A DNA stretch of 15,424 nucleotides from Octopus sinensis (lineage: Eukaryota). The translations under genes were made by a program, and so were the position numbers. Location: NCBI RefSeq assembly GCF_006345805.1, contig NW_021825220.1, positions 1 to 15,424 on the forward strand, read 5' to 3'. The notes under the pieces are model-generated. The model was not told where the DNA came from. It did no database searches and saw nothing but the letters and a program-made list of their open reading frames with translations. Of the stretch, positions 1-9,699 are shown one piece after another (within the stretch, counting starts at the first letter, position 1; the number at the start of each line of letters is the position of its first letter).

Positions 1-317
1 TATAAATATACATGAATACATACATATAATATACGTGTATACATACATACATACACATATATATATATATACATGTATAAATATACATATATTTATATAT
101 GCATATATGACACATACATATACATGTACAATATATATTACATACATGTATGCTGTGTATACTTAAGTATAAAGTTCTCTCTCTTACTCTCTCTCATACA
201 TGTATATATATATATATCTATATATACATATATTACACACGCACACACACACCACACACACACCGCGCGCACACACACACACCACACACACACACGCGCG
301 CGCACACACACACCACA

Positions 318-368
<51 letters not shown>

Positions 369-370
369 TA

Positions 371-402
<32 letters not shown>

Positions 403-470
403 TGTACATGTATATATTTTATACAGACACGTATGTATATGTGTGCATATGCCTGTGCATATATTATGAT
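1..470. repeat. Compound (TA)n/(CA)n/(CG-CA) microsatellite
   Basis: Direct reading: interrupted TA runs around a CA-rich core at ~235-332. Accounts for the ORFs at 73-474, 138-335, 150-371 and 200-469. Confidence 0.95.
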
Positions 471-930
471 ATAAGTCAGTTATACATATATTTATATGGA
501 CTTACCTCCGTTAGTAGCAATGTGTTTGATATTATTTGATGTCGAATTTCTTTGATACGTATGTAAATAAAACCAAGGAAAAACTCAGGAAAACAAGTAT
601 ATATACACATGCGTATATATATGTATGTATATGTGTATTTAAATATGTATGTGTGTACTTATATATATATATATGTGTGTTTTTGTGTGTGTAGTGAAAT
701 ATCTATAGATAGATATAAATAGTTGTGTTAATATTCAAGTTGAGCGAAGGCTAGGTCACACACAAGCAGGATGTACTTCCAAACATAAAGCTGAAAGCAC
801 CGCTAGGTGAGCAGATATAATTTTTAGTAACAAATTTTAACAGTCCGCTCGGCTAATCCGCTGGAATAAACGTCACAGATCGCGTGTCAAAGTGTGGATT
901 AGCTGATAAATTAATTGCTACTGTTTAGCT

Positions 931-932
<2 letters not shown>

Positions 933-1008
<76 letters not shown>
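933..1008. repeat. (CA)n microsatellite
   Basis: Nearly perfect CA run with one CT interruption. Confidence 0.97.
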
Positions 1009-1010
<2 letters not shown>

Positions 1011-1177
1011 GCGAGCAAGTATTTTATACCGCGGCGCAAAGGCGTTTTTTTTTTAAATAGAGGATTTAAGGGCAACATACTTATGAAAACCTTAAGGGCT
1101 TGTGTAACATTATACTTTCAGCCCTTAGTTTGTTATGTAAGCAGATATGAATCTGTATTATGATATAAATATGTGAA

Positions 1178-1495
1178 GGCGCAGTTTGTTGGTTAGGTTA
1201 CTGCTCTTATGATCGGGAGATCTCGGTTTCGACTCCCATACGGGGCAGCATGTTGTGTTCTTGAGCGAAACACCCATTTCACGTTGCTCTGAGATTATTC
1301 TGACACCTGACGTGTGGCACACTTGTGCACCTGTACAGGGGCAATGTTGATTTGATGAAGGAAGTGAGCTAATGTACAGTATAAACATTTGATCACTATA
1401 CATAAACCACCTGGGGGATGGTTGAACCAGAATTCACGAAGCTCTCAACCATCGTTTAACGACGATAGAGTCCATAATGTCTGTTCATTCAGACG
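1178..1495 (+). mobile_element. tRNA-derived SINE (family 'C' here), degenerate, with CORE/Meta-like central domain
   Basis: Decayed A-box region from 1178, B-box-like GGTTTCGACTCC at 1225-1236, then TGTGTTCTTGAGCGAAACACCCATTTCACGTTGCTC. This central block is shared with the minus-strand copy at ~9700-9855. The 3' boundary is approximate. Confidence 0.75.
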
Positions 1496-1597
1496 CCTTG
1501 GTTACTAATGAATAATGTTTAATACCGTTTGGTTTGTGGACGTGATGAAAGCGAAAAAAAACATAACATGAACTAATCTATATTACACAAAAAAAAG

Positions 1598-1772
1598 GAG
1601 TCAGGCGATACGATTGATGACAACATATGATTAGTACTTTATTTTATCGATCTTAAAAAAAAAAGAAAAAACACAATCAAACATGAAAGGTAAAATCAAT
1701 TCCGTTGGGATTTGAACGTGCAAAGCTGGAATCGATTATTGCAAGGCCGTTTCATTTCGATGCTCTAACGAA
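1598..1772 (-). mobile_element. tRNA-derived SINE (family 'A'), degenerate
   Basis: Minus strand reads TTCGTTAGAGCATCG...GTTCAAATCCC (B box)...TTTTACCTTTCAT...GATCGATAAAATAAAAGTAC. The same layout occurs in the copies at 13125-13225 and 14410-14555 and matches my recollection of an abundant octopus SINE. Confidence 0.65.
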
Positions 1773-1857
1773 TTATTCAATCGACCACAGTAACATGACA
1801 TACATGCAGAAGATATCAATAAAATATGCCATGTACTGACGTCGTTGGTAACTGTTA

Positions 1858-1895
1858 GCCCCTCCCCTCAAAATGTTTGCGTCGTGCCTAAATGT
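1858..1895 (+). mobile_element. Possible 3' tail fragment of family 'A' SINE
   Basis: CCCCTCCCCTCAAAATGTTTGCGTCGTGCCTAAA resembles the reverse complement of the tail at 13135-13160. Short, so weak. Confidence 0.35.
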
Positions 1896-2027
1896 GTATG
1901 TGCGTGTATGTGTATGCGCATGTTTACTTACGTATGTGTGTGTATATATATTATATATATATATATATATATATTTACAACATGCACGCACACGCACGCA
2001 CATGTGTGTATACATACACACACACAG

Positions 2028-2067
<40 letters not shown>

Positions 2068-2092
2068 GTAATATATATATATATATATATAC
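1894..2092. repeat. Compound (TG)/(TA)/(CA) microsatellite
   Basis: Direct reading. Confidence 0.92.
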
Positions 2093-2904
2093 ACGAGTAA
2101 ATTTATGTAGACATCAACACACATATGAAGATTTATTCTCAAATATTAATGTTTATCCATGAGAAAAGAGAATCAGAAAAAGAACTACGACAAGAACAAT
2201 AACAAGAAAAACAATGATATGTGAATATAAGTAAAAATTTGGAAGTAAAACAAAATGGCGAACATATAAAAATGTGCACTTTAAACGGTGATGATGGATC
2301 GCAGAAGAAGAGAACTGCGCGGAAATTTAAATGATACAAAAAAAAATCATAAAAATTACGCCTTTTCCCGAAACAGATAGTACGAAAACAACAAATATAA
2401 GAGCAACTGCCATAATGGCGACTACAATAATATTTGTGTGATTAAAGCGAAAATTGATCGTTAAGTTGTTTACAGGTTCTTAATTATTTAAGTGTGTTGA
2501 TTCTCTAATGAGAGTGGAATGGAAATATTTTTAGCTTAGCAACATCAGCAGAATTTATAAATTCCTGGAAGAAGCAGAAGAAAAAGAAGGAAAATAAAAA
2601 TAAAAAATAAGAATACGAAAAAATGAATACCTCTATCTATCTGTCTGACTGTCTGTTTGTCTGTCTGTATGAATGTATACATATATATGCGTTTGTGTGT
2701 CAACGTGTGTGTGCATTTACATATTTTCTAAGAAGCTTTGTGATAGACAACGGCAGAGATCATTGCCCAGACAAGCATCAATTAGCCTAAGTCCAGCATC
2801 AAATGATAGGGTACAATAAACCAGGTAAGCAAATGAAAATAAAAGAAAACTAAGGAAAATAAAATAAGATAGATGGACAGGTAGCTGATGTACATAGACT
2901 GAAC

Positions 2905-2980
<76 letters not shown>
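2905..2980. repeat. (CTAT)n tetranucleotide microsatellite
   Basis: Perfect run of about 18 units. Confidence 0.97.
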
Positions 2981-3073
2981 TTTTAATCTAAAATTTAGAT
3001 TCAGATGAATATGATACTTAAGTTGAGGCTCCAGAATTTAGTACGGATTTAAGGGCAAAATAAGGTTATTAAA

Positions 3074-3415
3074 ATCAAAATAAGCAACAAGGATATCCAG
3101 ATGTAATGCAGTAAGATCGTTTCATGCGACTCCATTTAATTAAACAATACAGTCATTTCATTACATCAATTTAAAATGTAGGGCAATCTTCAGCTGCACA
3201 AAGACATAGAATTTAATTAAATTAGAAGGACACTAGGTAAAATTATACTAATGTGTCCTTCTAATTTAATTAAACTCTATGTCTTTGTGCAGCTGAAGAT
3301 TGCTCTACATTTTAAATTGATGTAATGAAATGATTGCATTGTACATCAATTAAATTGAGTTGCATGAAACGATCGTACTGTATTACCTCTGGATATCCTT
3401 GTTGCTTATTTTGAT
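3074..3415. repeat. Long foldback inverted repeat (~160-bp arms, ~19-nt spacer), MITE/foldback-like
   Basis: 3074-3233 is the reverse complement of 3253-3415. By hand alignment there are about 9 substitutions and one small indel; the inner ~80 bp has only 2 mismatches. Confidence 0.95.
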
Positions 3416-3417
3416 AT

Positions 3418-3630
3418 CTATCTATCTATCTTTTTTTTTCCTCTTCCCCTTTTCTCCCCTTTTTTCTTATTTTTTCATTTCTCTCTTCTTTTGTTCCTTT
3501 TCCTTTTCTTTTTTTATTTTTATTTTTTATTTTTATTTATTTTTTTTTGTTCTTTTCTTCCCCTTTACGATCCCTCTTGATCGAAAACCTACGCCACCCC
3601 ATTTTTTTTTGTTTTTTGTTTTTTTCATCC
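3418..3630. repeat. T-rich low-complexity tract
   Basis: Poly-T/TTTC/TTTA runs; explains the Phe-rich ORF 3360-3761. Confidence 0.85.
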
Positions 3631-3700
3631 CCCCAAAAGAAAAGCTCTACCTTGTAACTTGTCCCATCTGTGTGCAGCCCTGTGTGGCCAATAAAGAAAC

Positions 3701-3756
<56 letters not shown>
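3701..3756. repeat. (TATC)n microsatellite
   Basis: Direct reading. Confidence 0.95.
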
Positions 3757-3757
<1 letters not shown>

Positions 3758-4110
3758 CTAAATGGCTACATAGGGCTGCCACATTAGAAGAAAGATGGAA
3801 AATTAATCGAGCTCAATCCATTTGTATACAGGTTATATTGTTTAAAATAATATTTCAAGAATGGCGATTTCCATTGTTGCTCTCCGTCTGTAATGTCACG
3901 AATGCAAACATACAATTGTGTTCACGACAACCAGTTGGAAAGTGCACACTTCCAGGTTTCGTCTGTCACCAATGTTTTAAACCATGCATTTCTAAAACGG
4001 GACTGAATAGTCATCTGAGAGGTCATGGACGGAAAGTTTAGAAATGCCATTGATAAAGGGAAATCACCAGAAAACGTCAATCATCGATGAAGTTAGAGCA
4101 CCACCATATA
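3757..4110 (+). mobile_element. 5'-truncated LINE remnant (RTE-like ORF C-terminus with a single C2H2 zinc finger, then short 3' UTR)
   Basis: The frame ends ...GFVCHQCFKPCISKTGLNSHLRGHGRKV* (C-x2-C-x12-H-x3-H at 3964-4026, stop 4039-4041). It is preceded by WLHRAATLEERWKINRAQ, reminiscent of the W...FEE.R helix before the terminal finger of RTE-clade ORFs. No RT domain is in the window; the 5' side is a TATC microsatellite. Confidence 0.6.
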
Positions 4111-4213
4111 TACACACGTTCGTCCACTTTTTATTTTTATTACCAACAACTATATACACTCTGTATTCCATTTCGTGATTCCAGTGTCAATAACGCAAAT
4201 TAAACCTTTTATA

Positions 4214-4385
4214 GGCGCAGGTGTGCTCTTTTGTTAAGAAGCTTGCTTTCCAATCATGTGGATCTGAGTTCAGTCCCAGGTAGGGTAGGTAGTATCTTCT
4301 ACTACAACAGCAGCCCCTTGCGAGTGCTTTGCGAGAGATTTGATACTAAAAAAAGCCTGTTCTATGTGTATATAGGTGTATATAT
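4214..4385 (+). mobile_element. tRNA-derived SINE (family 'B', OR-like), degenerate
   Basis: GGCGCAGGTGTG...GTTAAGAAGCTTGCTTTCCAATCATGTGGATCTGAGTTCAGTCCC...TATCTTCTACTA... ending in TG/TA repeats. Homologous to the reverse complement of 13521-13689. Confidence 0.75.
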
Positions 4386-4618
4386 GATTCACTAAATCAT
4401 CTATAGATTTCTATGGTGTAGATGAATATACTGGCGGCGATCTTGTTCGGAATTAGCGCGAGTCGTGCCGACTCTAGCGTAGAAGCTCCAGTGTTAAAGC
4501 CGAAACTGTCCGACAGTAAAGGGATATCTCGACTACTGCTTTCGACAGTTTACGGTCACTGTATGTATACAATTTATTATGTACGTTGACTGCAGCATCA
4601 GAGTACTTTATATGTATA

Positions 4619-5015
4619 CTAGCAGTATCGCCCGGCGTTGCTCGGGTTTGTAAGGGAAATAACTATAAAGCATTTTTAGAGAGTTATAGCCAAAAAATAG
4701 CAAAAAAATGCATTAAAAATGGAAAATAAATGATGGTAAATTTTTTTTTAAATCGTTGACTCATCGTAGACATTTTTAGAGAGTTACTTCCCTTATATTA
4801 AAAAGAAATATGCTTTAAAATGGAAAAATAATTATGGTAAATTATTTTTAAAATCGTAGACTCATCGTAGACGCGCGCAAATGCCCAGAAGGGCTCGATA
4901 TGAATCACGACTATACGATACCCGCTTCTGGTTAAACTGCACCGTGAAATGTGGGAGTAGTTAGGAATCTAAATCGTAGGAGACAGACACACAACCTTAC
5001 TTTTATATATAAAGA
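4619..5015 (-). mobile_element. Non-autonomous Helitron, copy 1 (intact termini)
   Basis: Minus strand starts A|TC (5015-5014) and ends CTAG|T (4622-4619). A GC hairpin CCCG-GCGTTGCT-CGGG lies at 4631-4646, 8 nt from CTAG. This is the canonical Helitron 5'-TC...hairpin...CTRR-3' at an AT target. There is an internal 100-bp duplication (4671-4770 / 4771-4871). Confidence 0.85.
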
Positions 5016-5029
5016 TATATATATATATA

Positions 5030-5531
5030 CTAGCAGTATCGCCCGGGTTTGTAAGGGAAATAACTATATAAGCATTTTTAGAGAGTTACTTCCTTTATAG
5101 ATGCCAATTCGGGCTTTCTTAGCCATTTCTGTTTTGGTGTCTTCAAGCCATGAAGTCGTTGTTCTAAAATAACGCTGGTCTCCTTGACAACGCATTACGA
5201 CGTTGATTTCCTTAAACTCCCTTCCCCACAGCTTCACGAGGGGGGAAGAAGGGGAGAAGCAAACACAGGTGCAGGTGTTTGAGCGTGGACGCCAACTCCG
5301 CCGCCATCACACACACGAAAAATTATGCATTAAAAATGGAATAAAAAATGTTAAATTATTTTTAAAATCGTAGACTCATCGTAGACGTGCGCTACTAGCC
5401 AGACGGGCTCGATATTATCACGACTATAAGATACCGAATTTGGTTAAACTGCACCGCAAAATGTGGGAGGAGTTAGGAATCTAAATCGTAGGAGACAGAC
5501 ACTCACACAACTACAGTTTTATATATATAGA
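5030..5531 (-). mobile_element. Non-autonomous Helitron, copy 2 (hairpin deleted, extra ~220-bp segment)
   Basis: Same termini (TC at 5531-5530, CTAG at 5033-5030) and high similarity to copy 1 at both ends. The hairpin is reduced to CCCGGG by a 10-bp deletion. Segment ~5099-5317 is absent from copy 1. The two copies are separated by (TA)7. Confidence 0.85.
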
Positions 5532-5854
5532 TATACGAGTGAGTAGATAAACAACAAAATAAATGGCACTTAACACATTTATTTATTGGGAGTTTACATG
5601 TCTGGGTTTTGAACCAGTCCATTTCTGTTCAACCATGCGGCTATTTTTCTCAAAGAACTGCTGTCGCTTCACTATCAATACTAATATTGTGGCATCACGT
5701 GACCTTCCTTAATCAGTTGCAGCGCATCAGCCGGCAGCCATCTTGGACTTCTGTACCACCACATTTATTCGAATCTCCGTGGTCCCGAGGAAAAAAACAC
5801 CATTAGCGGAATCGGAAACTTTACGTAGCGCGAAATCCAAAACTGTTTTGATCC

Positions 5855-5872
5855 ATATATATATATATATAT

Positions 5873-5910
<38 letters not shown>

Positions 5911-6107
5911 GAGATAGATCATACATACATATATATAATATATATAATATATATATTTATATATACATACATACATAATATATATATGTATATATATATA
6001 TAATATATACATACATACATATTTATATATATGATATATATATATATATATATATATCTATATAGATATATATATATATATATATATACATACATACTAT
6101 TATAATA

Positions 6108-6167
<60 letters not shown>

Positions 6168-6177
6168 GATACATATA

Positions 6178-6215
<38 letters not shown>

Positions 6216-6390
6216 ATATCATATATATATATATATATATACATATAATATTATATGTACATATATATATATATTATATATATATACATACGTGCGTGTG
6301 TGTGTTTGTATGTGCGAGTGTGTGAGTGTTGCGCGCATGCGTGTGTTCGTGTGTGTGTGTGTGTTTTGTGCGTGCGTGTGAGTGTGTGTA
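5855..6390. repeat. Long (TA)n microsatellite followed by (GT)/(GCGT) tract
   Basis: Direct reading; explains the ORFs at 5821-6244 and 6326-6508. Confidence 0.95.
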
Positions 6391-6499
6391 CACCGTAGTG
6401 TTTAAAGTTTGCTTATTAAACAGATATATTTGTAGGTATGGGATAATTAATCCAGAGATTAACCTGGTGCAATCCGTGTGGACACGGACATTAACACCG

Positions 6500-6775
6500 T
6501 CATCATGACCAACATCACCATCATCAACATCATCATGGCCAACAGCACTACCAGCATCACCACCATCATCACCAAAGTCAACGCCACGACCACCACGACC
6601 ACCACCACCACCACGACCACCACGACGACCACCACCACCACGACGACCACCACCACCACACCACTAGCAGCAGCTCCATCATTTTCTGCAACCCTCGTTT
6701 CTTAACCTATACTACTGGTATCGACTACGTTACCACCACAACCACACACAACTGTTGTTGCTGCTGCTGCGGCCG

Positions 6776-6826
<51 letters not shown>

Positions 6827-6843
6827 TGCTGCTGCTGCTGCTG

Positions 6844-6902
<59 letters not shown>

Positions 6903-7490
6903 GCTGCTACTACTACAAGAAAGAAAACCATCTCCGGAATACTACCACTTCCAGCACTACCGTTTTCACCACCACAAATTTCACCATTACCACTCCTACC
7001 ACCATCACCACTACTGTTATTACCGCTACTTCTACAATACCACCACGCCGCCGCCGCCGCCGCCGCCGCCGCCGTCACGATTACCACCAAAATCACTACA
7101 GTACCTTCACCACCTCCACCGCCACTACTATTATTACCAGTCACCGCCGCCCATATCACCACCACCACCACCACCACCACCACCACGACAACCACCACCA
7201 CCACCACTGCCGCCACTACTATTATTGCCAGTCACCGCTGCCCATATCATCACCACCGCCACTACCACCATCATCACCACTAATATCACCACCACTACCA
7301 CCAACACACCATCACCATCACCACCACCACCACCACCACAACCACCACCACCACAATCACTACAGTACCTTCGCCACTACTATTATTATCAGTCACCGCT
7401 GCCTATATCACCACCACCACCACCACATCATCACCATCACCACCACCACCACCACCACCACCACCACAGCCGCCGCCGCCACCGCCGTCA
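6500..7490. repeat. Compound trinucleotide repeat domain (ACC, CAT, CTA, CTG, CCG)
   Basis: Successive triplet tracts, e.g. (CTA)n at 6779-6915 and (CCG)n at 7047-7073. Explains the poly-T/L/Y/H/P/V ORFs. Confidence 0.93.
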
Positions 7491-7764
7491 GTGCCTAAAT
7501 CCAGGTTAATCCTAATTTGAATCCGTCACGTATTGTGAAATCCCTGTTATTATTAGAAGACAGGTGTGAAAACATAATTGTCACCCGTCACCGAATACTG
7601 TGCCTTTGTTTACTTATTTAGAGACTAAAGTGAATTACCTGGAGCAAAGGAAGACCACAAATAAAACAAAATAACACCTTTAATCAGCATTTTGTTTTAC
7701 AATCCACTTAGAAGTCAGAGGTCAAATCATCCTCACCTTACTCTTGTCTTCAGTCTTTCTTTCG

Positions 7765-7780
7765 TCCTTCCTTTTTCTTT

Positions 7781-7830
<50 letters not shown>

Positions 7831-8108
7831 TTTCTCTCTTTCTTTCTTTCTTTCTTTCTTTCTTCCTTCCTTATTCTTTCTTTCTTTGTTTCTTCCTTCC
7901 TTCCTTTTTCTTTTCTTTCTTTCTCTTTTTCTTTCTTTCTTTTTCTTTCTTTCTTTCTCTCTTTCTTTCTTTCTTTCTTCTCTTCTTTCTTCAATCTATC
8001 CATCTAGCCATCTATCAATCTACCTACTTATCTGTCTGACAATCTGTCTGTCTGTCTATGTATGTATGTATGTATGTATGTATGTATGTATGTATGTATG
8101 TATGTATG

Positions 8109-8183
<75 letters not shown>

Positions 8184-8185
8184 TT
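7765..8185. repeat. (TTTC)n followed by (CTGT)/(ATGT)n/(CTAT)n tetranucleotide tracts
   Basis: Direct reading. Confidence 0.95.
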
Positions 8186-8786
8186 ACCGTCGATGTAATT
8201 GCTCCTATAGCAGAAAAGATTATTAGAACATTTTCTGTTAAGAATAAGTTCCCGATTCTTTTTGCATCAAATTCCAATCCCACCACGATCACAATTGCAC
8301 TTCAACCTTTTCAGAGTAATGAAAAAAAAAAAAAAAAAAAAAAAAAGGTCCAACGCAAGGCAGTAGATTGACGGAACTGTAAGAATGTTGGACCATGTAC
8401 CCGTGGTATTTATTACACAACTCTTCTGTCATTTTTTGCGTTTAAAGATATCCATGACTTACTTGAATGGAAGACTAAAAGCGTCGCTTTGTTTAACCTC
8501 TCCATTAGGGACATGGCCCTAGCGAAATCAACTCTGTAGGAAGTATTAAGGTGAAGTTAATAGTTAGTAGTTATCTTCTGCCTCTATTTCACCGATGTGA
8601 GAGTCCTTGTAAAGGGTTATAGACACGGCCGTTACGCCTTACCACTTGACCAAATGTTAAAAAAATAGAATAAAATAAAATAAAATAAAATTAAAATTAA
8701 AAAATAATATTCCAACGGTATGAACATGACTCTCACCCGCTTTCGGCAATGTGATGCTATGTCACTGAAGTGAAAGGCAAAGAAAA

Positions 8787-9090
8787 GTTTTTGACATAAT
8801 GTCGCCGAAATATTACATCTTGATGTCAGTTAAGAAAATTCTTCTTGTCAGAGAAATAGAATAATAAGACGATTTTTGAGAAATGATGTGACAGCTTCCG
8901 GTGCGGCCACGATTGTTTTGACTGCTAGGAGACGCGTTGATTAATTAAGCCGGCATCATACGTTGCTGCTGTAGAAGCCAGACGCTCCGACGCTGATCTG
9001 TTGCTGAAGTAGCGGAAATAGTGATGGGTTGGTACAAATAATTGTTCTTTAAACAGATTTTCTTGCCGTTGTTTCTTCGCTTCTGAGAAG
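8787..9090 (+). repeat. Unclassified repeat X, copy 1
   Basis: 8787-~8995 is an inverted homolog of ~10840-11051, and 8898-9089 is a direct homolog of 9297-9477. Confidence 0.85.
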
Positions 9091-9296
9091 AGACAGAATT
9101 CCACGAAGAGATTGGCTCGAATATATTGAGCTAATGTGCTGCCGGGAACTTAATGCGAACCAGCGACCAGTATGTTGGCAGCCTATAGCTCGAATTTAAC
9201 CAGACATCACCAAGCACCGAATGAAACGAAAGCTTAGATATCCATCTAAGACATCTACATTATTTGTCAGTCGCAGATAGGTTTAGATGGGGTTGT

Positions 9297-9477
9297 TCCG
9301 AAGCGGCCATGATTGCTTTAACTTCAAAGAGAGGATTTCATTAATTAACACGCCATCTTCTGTTGCTATTTTAGAAGGTAGACGCCTCGACATTGATATG
9401 CGGGTGAAGTAGTGATGGGTATGTGCAAATGGTCTTCAAACTGATTTTGTTGCCGTGGTTGTTTCGTTTCTGAGGAA
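9297..9477 (+). repeat. Unclassified repeat X, copy 2 (more diverged direct copy, ~400-bp offset)
   Basis: TCCGAAGCGGCCATGATTG...ATTAATTAACACGCCATC...TAGAAGGTAGACG...GTAGTGATGGGT...TTGCCGT...TTCTGAG aligns with 8898-9089. Confidence 0.75.
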
Positions 9478-9567
9478 CTCTAAAAAGCAATGGGCTCTGT
9501 TCTCGACCCTTTGCTATTTTCTGGCGCAGCAATGACTCTATCAGTTTACACCGATAAATTTAATTAT

Positions 9568-9630
9568 TTCTAACTTAAGCACAAGGCCAGACATTTTCCA
9601 GAAAGGATGTTAATTGATATAATCAAACGT
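9568..9630 (-). mobile_element. 3' tail fragment of family 'A' SINE
   Basis: TTCTAACTTAAGCACAAGGCCAGACATTTT matches TCTACTCTACGCACAAGGCCCGAAATTTT at 13131-13159. Confidence 0.45.
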
Positions 9631-9699
9631 CTTTCTCGATCCATAGGTTCAGAAGTCCGATTTCCAGGAATCCTGTGGCGTATAAAATCTAAACTCTGG

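Noticed and set aside
1417-1453. 9-bp stem GATGGTTGA / TCAACCATC
   Set aside because: Lies within the tail of the family 'C' SINE; not treated as an independent feature.
73-2162. ORFs rich in Y/I/H/T/C/V at 73-474, 915-1163 and 1773-2162
   Set aside because: Translations of TA/CA/TG microsatellites; no protein-like complexity.
2731-2830. Possible exon ending at a strong donor CAG|GTAAG (~2823)
   Set aside because: All three frames between the nearest plausible acceptor and the donor contain stops; no supporting neighbouring exons.
1062-3058. Exact 14-mer GGATTTAAGGGCAA at 1062-1075 and 3045-3058
   Set aside because: Similarity does not extend on either side; one such match is plausible by chance in 15 kb of AT-rich DNA.
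4503-4551. Small palindromes ACTGTC-C-GACAGT and AAACTGTC...GACAGTTT
   Set aside because: Too short to distinguish from chance; no associated element recognised.
6459-7509. Long ORFs (up to 247 aa) with extensin-like SPPPP/YYYY and poly-His motifs
   Set aside because: Triplet repeats lack stops in several frames on both strands at once; no splice or codon evidence.
7692-8371. Phe/Leu/Ser-rich and Lys/Glu/Arg-rich ORFs
   Set aside because: Translations of (TTTC)n, (ATGT)n and (CTAT)n.
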